Both the position numbers and the translations under genes were made by a program. A DNA stretch of 20,000 nucleotides, from the IMG/VR virus record IMGVR_UViG_3300045969_000082. The stretch is one strand, 5' to 3'. The DNA comes from an uncultured virus (IMG/VR IMGVR_UViG_3300045969_000082) (lineage: Duplodnaviria; Heunggongvirae; Uroviricota; Caudoviricetes). This document shows positions 7,592 through 13,813 of this stretch, in pieces. Every line of letters starts with the position of its first letter. The stretch's first letter is position 1. The notes beneath the pieces were generated by a model, which searched no databases, was not told the origin of the DNA, and saw nothing but the letters and a program-made list of their open reading frames with translations.

Positions 7592-8308
7592 ATGAAAAAT
7601 GACGCGCCGAATCCCGACGAGAACAACCAGCACACCCGTCTTCGAGCCGCCCGTGAGAAGCTGAGGATTTCAGCCTCGGAAGCCGCACGCTCCATGGGGA
7701 TGAACATCTCCACCTACACGCATCACGAGAACGGGACGCGGACCTATGGGGAGGAAGAGGCTCGGAAGTACGCCAGGCGCCTGAAGACCACGCCGGAATA
7801 TCTTCTGCTTGGCATTACCGGCGGTTCACCAAAGGGAATCGTCAAGGAAATCGACTCTCGGGCCGGCGCTGGCGGCGGCGGTGTCGTCGATCTCGTGAAC
7901 GTCACAGATCAGAACGGGAATATAGTTTCGGCCGAGGTCATCAAGGATCACTGGCAGATACCCGAGTCGTTCCTTCGCGGCGAACTCCGGATGGAGGCGA
8001 ACCGCGCCCTCATCATCGAGGTCTCCGGTGATTCCGGCTACGATCCGAGCAATCCGAACGCGCCAGGTTCCTTGATGCCGGGAGACCGGGTGATCGTCGA
8101 TGCGAGAGATACGAAGCCTTCGCCGCCAGGGCCGTTCCTCGTCTACGACGGCGTCGGGTTCGTCGTGAAGCTTTGCGAGCCGGTCTTCGGATCTGATCCG
8201 CCGCGGATCAGACTGTCGAGCCGCAATCCGACCTATGAACCTTACGACGTGAGTGCTGAAGAAGGGCACATCGTCGGAAGGGTTCGAGGGCGAATCACGG
8301 CGATGTAG
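7592..8308 (+). CDS. cI: CI-like repressor (XRE HTH plus S24 autopeptidase)
   Basis: RLRAAREKLRISASEAARSMGMNISTYTHHENGTR HTH; Ala-Gly site RAGAG; VSGDS catalytic Ser; VVK catalytic Lys; IVGRV ending. Confidence 0.93.
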   Translation: MKNDAPNPDENNQHTRLRAAREKLRISASEAARSMGMNISTYTHHENGTRTYGEEEARKYARRLKTTPEYLLLGITGGSPKGIVKEIDSRAGAGGGGVVDLVNVTDQNGNIVSAEVIKDHWQIPESFLRGELRMEANRALIIEVSGDSGYDPSNPNAPGSLMPGDRVIVDARDTKPSPPGPFLVYDGVGFVVKLCEPVFGSDPPRIRLSSRNPTYEPYDVSAEEGHIVGRVRGRITAM

Positions 8309-8316
8309 CCGTAACT

Positions 8317-8328
8317 GGGGGGGGGGGG
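8317..8328 (+). repeat. G12 homopolymer tract
   Basis: Twelve consecutive G between the cI stop and the ATG at 8335. Confidence 0.9.
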
Positions 8329-8334
8329 ACTCGC

Positions 8335-8661
8335 ATGACGAGGATAGTGGTCGAGACCAAAGTGAAGTTCACTGCTGCGGGAGGCATCGGGGCTTTGCTA
8401 TTCGTCGCTGCGCCCGCCGTTTTGGCGTTCATGGCCCTGGACGATATCCGGTATGGATATGGAAGAATGACAAGCTTCGCGGCGGCTGGCTACTTCATCT
8501 TCGCAGGCATAGCCGCTTCTCTTGGACTCGTGCTTCTTATGATTGGGCGGGAATACACCCACGAGGTGCAAATCCTGAAACCTGGTGAGACCGCGCCAAA
8601 GGATAATGTCCCACCTTTCGGCGGCACCGAAGCCGAACGACGCAACCTTGGCCTGAAGTGA
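8335..8661 (+). CDS. Two-TM membrane protein downstream of cI
   Basis: 108 aa with two hydrophobic segments; noticeably more AT-rich than the core phage genes. Confidence 0.75.
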   Translation: MTRIVVETKVKFTAAGGIGALLFVAAPAVLAFMALDDIRYGYGRMTSFAAAGYFIFAGIAASLGLVLLMIGREYTHEVQILKPGETAPKDNVPPFGGTEAERRNLGLK

Positions 8662-8665
8662 CGCC

Positions 8666-8890
8666 ATGACCCTCGACCAGCTCGAGACCGCCCTCCATGA
8701 CATCCGCTGGACGCCAGACATTCTGGCCCGCGCGCTGGAGTGCGACGTCTCGCTCGTTCACGCATGGCTCGACGGAAATGCCGAGATCCCCATGAAGGTC
8801 GGCGTCTGGATCAAGGTCATCGCCGAGCACCATCAGGCTTTTGAGCAGACCAGGCCGAAGACGGTGAAGGGGAAGAAGTTTGTCACGTGA
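8666..8890 (+). CDS. Small Cro/CI-type HTH protein
   Basis: MTLDQLETALHDIRWTPDILARALECDVSLVHAWLDGNAEIP fits the XRE-like pattern. Confidence 0.75.
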   Translation: MTLDQLETALHDIRWTPDILARALECDVSLVHAWLDGNAEIPMKVGVWIKVIAEHHQAFEQTRPKTVKGKKFVT

Positions 8891-8902
8891 AAGGAGAGAA
8901 AA

Positions 8903-9028
8903 ATGATGTGCATGGGCGGGGAAAAGGACAGAGAGGACAACGACCCACCTCCTCCTCCGCAGGATTGGGATAGCCGCAAGAGCGAAGACCAGTACGAGAA
9001 GCGCGATTCACGCGAAAAGGGCAACTAG
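8903..9028 (+). CDS. Putative 41-aa charged poly-proline peptide
   Basis: AAGGAG RBS; MMCMGGEKDREDNDPPPPPQDWDSRKSEDQYEKRDSREKGN; below the ORF-track cutoff. Confidence 0.5.
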   Translation: MMCMGGEKDREDNDPPPPPQDWDSRKSEDQYEKRDSREKGN

Positions 9029-9499
9029 CCCCGCAAGAACCGCCGCCGCTGGCGTCCACATACCGACTTGGACAGCGGTATGGAGCGCCGCGGCAGTCTT
9101 CTCATTCAGATCACGATTGACATCCTGCTTCTGATGAAGCTCCGAGAGATAGGCGCCAACGGCCTTGTCGATCGTGACACGCTCATCCATTGCCCATAGC
9201 CAGAACTCCGCGCCTCGGCCAGGGAGATTGATCGTCGCCCGAGACATCGCTTTGGTGCAGAAGTAGGCGCCGATCGCCAACATCAACGCAGATGTCGACA
9301 TAGACCAGCGCGAAAACTGAAGAAGTTCATCTGAACGAAAGAACCCGGCCGTAGCTGTCACGGCCGCAGCGACGCCGATGGTGACATATATCCGAAACAC
9401 CGCCATCGCCTTCTGGTCGGTGAAGAGCACAAGGTTGACCAGAGCCTGATGACGCGCCCTTGCGTCGTCCAGTGCGATTTTGAGATCGTCGGGCTTCAT
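9008..9499 (-). CDS. Three-TM membrane protein with a DUF5706/PycTM-like layout
   Basis: N-terminal helix ending TDQKA, two TM segments, a soluble loop, the helix NRDLNEKTAAAL, then a third TM. GAGGT RBS before ATG 9499. Confidence 0.7.
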   Translation of the reverse strand: MKPDDLKIALDDARARHQALVNLVLFTDQKAMAVFRIYVTIGVAAAVTATAGFFRSDELLQFSRWSMSTSALMLAIGAYFCTKAMSRATINLPGRGAEFWLWAMDERVTIDKAVGAYLSELHQKQDVNRDLNEKTAAALHTAVQVGMWTPAAAVLAGLVALFA

Positions 9500-9524
9500 G
9501 GCTACCTCTCGCGTAGACGCCAAG

Positions 9525-9595
9525 TTCTGAAACGTCTCAGAATCTTGAACTTTGAATCTTCTATATCAAGAGCTTGATTCTGAGAGGTCTCAGAA
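9525..9595. repeat. Two related 18-bp palindromes flanking an AT-rich core with three GANTC sites
   Basis: TTCTGAAACGTCTCAGAA (9525-9542), TTCTGAGAGGTCTCAGAA (9578-9595) and ATCAAGAGCTTGAT (9565-9578). GANTC at 9540, 9554 and 9576. Confidence 0.8.
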
Positions 9596-9599
9596 CCGC

Positions 9600-10075
9600 C
9601 TCTGTTCTCTATCCCGCAAGGGATAGGGGCTTAGGAAACGGCGCAGTACACCCTTGCACGCCGGAAGCGATCCGACGCCAAGGGTACTGCATAGAGCCAA
9701 GGACAGAGCCTTGAGGTTCCCGTATGCATCCCCGCATCGCGCCATATGACGGCGCATAGCCCCTGCGGATCATGGTCCGTTTCTATTGGCCGGGGTGGCC
9801 TCACGCGCCGGGTTCGGACTCCCGTGGTGGCATGCGCGCCCTTCTGGTTGTTTATCAACGGCTGACCAGCCAGCCCAGCGGTTCCCATCTTTCCACCGAT
9901 TCCCTCCGGGCAGCATCCAAACCGCAAACCCACTCCCGAAGGAAACTGGCCTGAAAATCAACGTTTGGCTTGAGAAATCGAGTGGGACGCTATATGTTGT
10001 GCCCACTGGATATTCCCGGTCGCCAAACCAGTTTCTCATCCAGTCATGCCCCGATCGCTTGCCGGCGATGCGGGG
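9600..10075 (-). ncRNA. Putative long structured RNA; ends approximate
   Basis: Nested stems GAAACGG/CCGTTTC, GCAGTAC/GTACTGC, CCTTG/CAAGG, CCGCA/TGCGG and GCGCC/GGCGC. Several mismatches become G-U pairs only on the minus strand. Candidate -35 TTGACG at 10105-10110 on the minus strand. Confidence 0.45.
9970..10002 (+). promoter_or_regulatory. Sigma70-type promoter overlapped by an NrdR-box-like site
   Basis: TTGAGA (9970-9975)-N17-TATGTT (9993-9998). ACGCTATATGTTGTGC (9987-10002) matches acaCwAtATaTwGtgt at 13 of 16 positions. Confidence 0.5.
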
Positions 10076-10085
10076 CTTTCTTTTT
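10005..10085 (+). ncRNA. Putative ~80-nt two-hairpin small (antisense) RNA
   Basis: Lies between the promoter above and the terminator; first stem ACTGGAT (10005-10011)/ATCCAGT (10038-10044). Confidence 0.45.
10048..10085 (+). terminator. Rho-independent terminator
   Basis: GCCCCG-ATCGC...GCGAT-G-CGGGGC followed by TTTCTTTTT. Confidence 0.85.
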
Positions 10086-10126
10086 GCGCCCGATCGGCCG
10101 CCCTCGTCAAGTATGCGTATCAATTT

Positions 10127-10167
10127 CATACTTTTCGTATTGACACAACAAATACGGCTCGTATTAT
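10127..10167 (+). promoter_or_regulatory. OL-like operators with PL-like promoter
   Basis: CATAC-TTTTC-GTATT (10127-10141) and AATAC-GGCTC-GTATT (10151-10165) overlap TTGACA (10140-10145)-N16-TATTAT (10162-10167). Confidence 0.8.
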
Positions 10168-10173
10168 CGCCCT

Positions 10174-10654
10174 CGTTCACCCCAGCCACGAAGAAGCGCA
10201 CCGCGCCGATCTGTCTGGGATCAATCGAGGAGCAAGAGATGCTTTCCGTCAGCACTGGAGGTCGAGATGTAAGCCGCAGCGCAGAGCGCGCGCCCTTTGG
10301 GCTGGATCAGTTCGATCGCCTGGCTGGAGGCGTAATTCCAGCCCCCAATTCTTCAAACCCCGACCCCCGAACCTTGGCTGGCGCCGACGGCCGCCGGAGC
10401 ACACCAAGCCTGCTTGCTGTGGGGGCAAAAAGCGATGGCGCTAGTCCGCTGTCGTCGGTCGGGGCCGCTTCCGAGCGGAACGTGGGTGTCCACGAAAGCA
10501 GGCAAGCCGTCCCCTATTCCCATTCGCAGGTTCCGTCCCCCCGGCCTGCGGATAAGCCGGAGGCGGATACTCTCCTCCCATCCGTCTCCGGCGCCTATTC
10601 CCCTTGGCAGGTCCAGCGCCCGCACCTTGAGCCTATGGCGAGGAGGGCGAGCGA
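10174..10654 (+). ncRNA. Structured leader of the rightward early operon
   Basis: At least eight stems, with G-U pairs favouring the plus strand, including a multibranch domain closed by GCCTGCTT/AAGCAGGC (10408-10503). Confidence 0.5.
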
Positions 10655-10658
10655 ATGA
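10239..10658 (+). CDS. Doubtful Ser/Pro/Ala-rich ORF running through the structured leader
   Basis: GAGGAG RBS and an ATGA overlap with the next gene, but non-protein-like composition. Confidence 0.3.
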   Translation: MLSVSTGGRDVSRSAERAPFGLDQFDRLAGGVIPAPNSSNPDPRTLAGADGRRSTPSLLAVGAKSDGASPLSSVGAASERNVGVHESRQAVPYSHSQVPSPRPADKPEADTLLPSVSGAYSPWQVQRPHLEPMARRASE

Positions 10659-10888
10659 GCGTCCGTGTCGTCAACGACTTCGTGCCCCATTGGGACAACA
10701 ACCATGAGGGCTACCGCGCGATCTTCAATGCGGCGCTGACCGGCATCTGCGCGAACCCGAATTTCTTCGGCCCAATCCTTCAAGGAAGCCCAGAGGCGGC
10801 AGTCAATTTCGCCAATGAGGTCACGCTCGCTGCGATCTACGGCGACAAGTACGTGCCGTCCCACGAGCGCGATGGAGAAAAATCATGA
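10655..10888 (+). CDS. Hypothetical phage protein
   Basis: 77 aa, GAGGAGG RBS, coupled to the next gene. Confidence 0.75.
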   Translation: MSVRVVNDFVPHWDNNHEGYRAIFNAALTGICANPNFFGPILQGSPEAAVNFANEVTLAAIYGDKYVPSHERDGEKS

Positions 10889-11139
10889 ACGCGATGGACA
10901 TCACGCGCGACGGACTTGTCGCGGCCCTGACGCCTGCGCCGACGCTGGAAGAGCAGCTTGAGCGCGCCGAGCGCGACCTGGTCTGCGCCCAGATGATCGA
11001 CTCGACGGCGAGGATGATCGCCGAGACCGAGGAGTGCGAGCGGCGTATCGGCTCGATCAAGCGCCAGATCGCCGAGCGTGACGAGCGCGAGCATGTCGAG
11101 AACGCCGTTGCGGCGCTGGGTGATGACCATGCCCGCTAA
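10885..11139 (+). CDS. Hypothetical coiled-coil protein
   Basis: 84 aa, GGAG RBS, ATGA overlap. Confidence 0.75.
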   Translation: MNAMDITRDGLVAALTPAPTLEEQLERAERDLVCAQMIDSTARMIAETEECERRIGSIKRQIAERDEREHVENAVAALGDDHAR

Positions 11140-11326
11140 GCATCAGCCCACGTTCTACCTCACCGAGGAAGCGGCGCAGAAGCGCATCACGCGCCTCGTC
11201 GAGCGGATCGCCAAGGAAGGCCGCGCCAGCGCCGACTACCGTCGCGTTCCGCCCAGCATCCGCAAGATGGTCGACGCCCTGATCGACGGCCGCTTGTTCT
11301 TCGCAGATCAGATGGAGGCGGCGTAG
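11123..11326 (+). CDS. Hypothetical protein
   Basis: Start at 11123 or 11129; stop directly abuts the next ATG. Confidence 0.65.
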   Translation: MTMPAKHQPTFYLTEEAAQKRITRLVERIAKEGRASADYRRVPPSIRKMVDALIDGRLFFADQMEAA

Positions 11327-11683
11327 ATGGCCTCGCTTCCGAAAATCGATCCAGAGTTCATCGTCATCTGCCAGTCGGCGTGGTGCAACGAGAGTGGGAT
11401 CGGCATCCACTACGGCTGGAACGGCGAACGGTTCAACAACCGAAACGACGCCATCAAGCACGGCTGGGAAGTTCGCGGTTCCGACGACTTCAACATCGCG
11501 CAGACCTACGGTGACGACCTCATCTGGTTCGGCTGGATGGACCAGCGCATCGACGAGGATGAGGACACGATGCGCGAGATCGCGGAAGCGGTTGGACTGA
11601 CTTTCGATCCCCGCTGGTATCGCCTCGAACTGTCGAGGGCCGATGGGCGAGTGATCGGATTGCGCAGCGAGGCCCGGCCATGA
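11327..11683 (+). CDS. Hypothetical protein
   Basis: 118 aa, GGAGG RBS, globular-looking with many W/D/G residues. Confidence 0.8.
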   Translation: MASLPKIDPEFIVICQSAWCNESGIGIHYGWNGERFNNRNDAIKHGWEVRGSDDFNIAQTYGDDLIWFGWMDQRIDEDEDTMREIAEAVGLTFDPRWYRLELSRADGRVIGLRSEARP

Positions 11684-11901
11684 ACCGCCTCATCATCCAG
11701 GTCTTCCGCTGCGGCGAATGGCGGAACGTCACCACCATCCCGCTGGAGATCGGCCACAACAGCCGCGACGCCGAAACCAAGTACGCCCGCGCCTATCGCG
11801 AGGCGATGCTGATGCTGTCGCGCTGGCGGGGATATTTCGACGAGCCGCTGCGCATTGCCGAGCCGACGACTACCGGTGGGTATGTGGAGGCGCGGCCGTG
11901 A
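11680..11901 (+). CDS. Hypothetical protein
   Basis: 73 aa, coupled on both sides. Confidence 0.7.
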   Translation: MNRLIIQVFRCGEWRNVTTIPLEIGHNSRDAETKYARAYREAMLMLSRWRGYFDEPLRIAEPTTTGGYVEARP

Positions 11902-12173
11902 AGTCCGACCTCCATTGGCCCGACGCTGGCTGCTGCTGGCCCGGCTATCCCGGTGGCTGCGTTTGCCCGCCCGACGAAAAGGCCCTCAGGGCTTGGAAGC
12001 GTGGCGAGATCATCACTCCTATGAACGCCGACCAGCGCGAGTTCTGCCTAGCTGAAATCGGGCAGGTCGAGGGCTACACCCGCGCCGACCATGCCGAGGA
12101 CAACGACGCTGACCTTGCAAGTGCTGTCCTCGATGCGTGGACCGCCTACGCGCGCGACAAGGGGCTGATCTGA
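11898..12173 (+). CDS. Hypothetical protein with Cys-rich N-terminus
   Basis: GTG start in a GTGA overlap, GGAGG RBS, motif GCCWPGYPGGCVCP. Confidence 0.7.
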   Translation: MKSDLHWPDAGCCWPGYPGGCVCPPDEKALRAWKRGEIITPMNADQREFCLAEIGQVEGYTRADHAEDNDADLASAVLDAWTAYARDKGLI

Positions 12174-12358
12174 TGCCCGACCTCGTCCAAACCGTCGCTC
12201 TGGCGATCTATGGCACATGGAGTCGCGAACGCGACCCGGCCCGCATTGAGGCCCGGTTCAAGCGCCTACCCCAATCCACCCGAGAGAATTTCGAAGCTGA
12301 GGCGCGTGCCGCGATCCGCGTGTGCGAGGCCCATTTCACAGGAGCTTACGCAGCATGA
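12173..12358 (+). CDS. Hypothetical protein
   Basis: TGATG overlap; 61 aa; VALAIY...FEAEARAAI. Confidence 0.7.
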   Translation: MPDLVQTVALAIYGTWSRERDPARIEARFKRLPQSTRENFEAEARAAIRVCEAHFTGAYAA

Positions 12359-13419
12359 CGATGGAGCAGATCGGCGGCATTGCCGCGAAACTCGTAGACC
12401 GCTGGGCTTGGTATCAGGCCGCGCTAAAAGACCCGGCGCAGATCGGCAACACGCTGAAAATCTACGACGGTGAGCCGCAGCAGGGATACTACCGCGTTCG
12501 CCCGAAGGATGGGCAATGGGAACCTGTCGCAATCTTCTACCCAGAGGATTCCGATCAGATCGTCGCCTATCGCAACGGCAAGGAAGTCCGGGCCGACGAT
12601 GTCTGGCTGTGGTGCTGCCGGAACCCGATCAGCTTCGACGCCTATGAGAAGGCGATGGCTGGCGGCGGGTTCGACGACGAGCCCGAGAAGGCGCCCGGCC
12701 TTGGGCACAACTCCGGTGAAGCCGATCCCTTCGACGCCCTGACGATGGAATACCTGGGCGAAAAGGAGATGGCCGAGGAGTTCCTGAAGAAGCCGGTGAA
12801 GACCAAGGCCGACGCCGACCGCGCCGCGATTTGGGCCGACCGGCTGAAGAAGATCGCCTCCAAGGCCGTCGCCTTCCATAAAGTTGAGAAGCAGCCATTT
12901 CTCGACGGTGGCCGCGCCGTTGATGAGAAGTGGCGTGGCCTGAAGGAAGAGCCGGGCACGGTCGTCGACGCGCTGCGCGCCCACGTCAAACCCTACTTCG
13001 CCGAACTGAAGCGGCAGGAGGAGGAGCGCCAGCGCATCGCTCGCGAAAAGGCCGAGCAGGAGCGCCGCGAGGCCGAGGAGAAGGCGCGCGCCGCCCGTGA
13101 GGCAGCGGCCAAGGCCGAGGAAGGCGATCTCGCCGCCGAGAAGGCCCGGCAGGAAGCCGAGGACGCCGCGCGCCGCGCCAAGGAAGCCGAGAAGGAAGCC
13201 GAGGCCCGTAAGGTCTCTGCCGGCCGCACAGGCGCCCGCATGGGGATGAAGACCGAGACGGTCTACGTCGTCACCGATTATCTCAAGGCCGCCACCGCCA
13301 TGCTCGCGCTGGGCAATACCGATCTCAAGACGGAAATCGACCGGCTCGCCAAGCGTCTGATGAAGGCAGGCGTCCCGCTCGACGGTGTCGAGGCGCGTGA
13401 CGAGGAGGTGGTCCGGTGA
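12355..13419 (+). CDS. Phage coiled-coil protein of the recombination module
   Basis: 354 aa: globular N-domain, GHN linker, EKQPFLDGGRAVDEKW helix and a long A/E/K/R stretch. Confidence 0.85.
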   Translation: MTMEQIGGIAAKLVDRWAWYQAALKDPAQIGNTLKIYDGEPQQGYYRVRPKDGQWEPVAIFYPEDSDQIVAYRNGKEVRADDVWLWCCRNPISFDAYEKAMAGGGFDDEPEKAPGLGHNSGEADPFDALTMEYLGEKEMAEEFLKKPVKTKADADRAAIWADRLKKIASKAVAFHKVEKQPFLDGGRAVDEKWRGLKEEPGTVVDALRAHVKPYFAELKRQEEERQRIAREKAEQERREAEEKARAAREAAAKAEEGDLAAEKARQEAEDAARRAKEAEKEAEARKVSAGRTGARMGMKTETVYVVTDYLKAATAMLALGNTDLKTEIDRLAKRLMKAGVPLDGVEARDEEVVR

Positions 13420-13610
13420 AGGTCGTCTCCGTCCTCTTTTCCAATTCACAGAACCGCTACGATTACTTGGACCCGTTCGGCGCGAAGGTTGGCGATGTCG
13501 TTGTCGTGCCGACGCGACGTGGCGATGCTGAGGTTGTCGTGGCCGAGGTCAAGGAATCGTCCGACCGCGCCACCGTCGAAATCCTTCGCATTGTGGAGAA
13601 CCCCTTCTGA
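13416..13610 (+). CDS. Small beta-rich protein resembling the PriA N-terminal 3'-DNA-binding / YaaT N-terminal motif
   Basis: RYDYLDPFGAKVGDVVVVPTRRG...VV; GAGGAGG RBS. Confidence 0.65.
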   Translation: MKVVSVLFSNSQNRYDYLDPFGAKVGDVVVVPTRRGDAEVVVAEVKESSDRATVEILRIVENPF

Positions 13611-13813
13611 TGGCGAAGTGGGAACGCGGCGGAGTCATCGAAGACGTCGACATGGCGCTCAGCATGATCGCCCGCGGCGACCCGATCTACGAGCGCCACA
13701 AGCTGCAAACCGCCGGATGGACGCAGAGTTGGCCCATCCGCCTCGTCATCAACGCGGTCAATCGCCGCCACCTTTTCATCGCCCTTCCAACCGACAGGAA
13801 CCCGCCGCAATGA
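13610..13813 (+). CDS. Hypothetical protein
   Basis: 67 aa, coupled at both ends. Confidence 0.65.
   Translation: MAKWERGGVIEDVDMALSMIARGDPIYERHKLQTAGWTQSWPIRLVINAVNRRHLFIALPTDRNPPQ

Noticed and set aside
9809..9824. CGGGTTCGGACTCCCG as a tRNA or tmRNA T-arm
   Set aside because: The loop is too long, and no acceptor stem, anticodon arm or CCA end could be built.
7496..10170. CtrA boxes (TTAA-N7-TTAA) in the phage promoters
   Set aside because: None seen in the intergenic regions read.
9631..10255. ORFs 9631-9933 (-), 9770-10255 (-) and the 5' part of 9786-10658 (+) as proteins
   Set aside because: No convincing RBS and atypical composition; the two longer ones cross a terminator, promoters and operators.
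10408..10503. Multibranch RNA as a hammerhead ribozyme or tRNA
   Set aside because: It has a stem-GAAA-stem arrangement but no CUGANGA core and no TTCRA T-loop; retained only as an unclassified structure.
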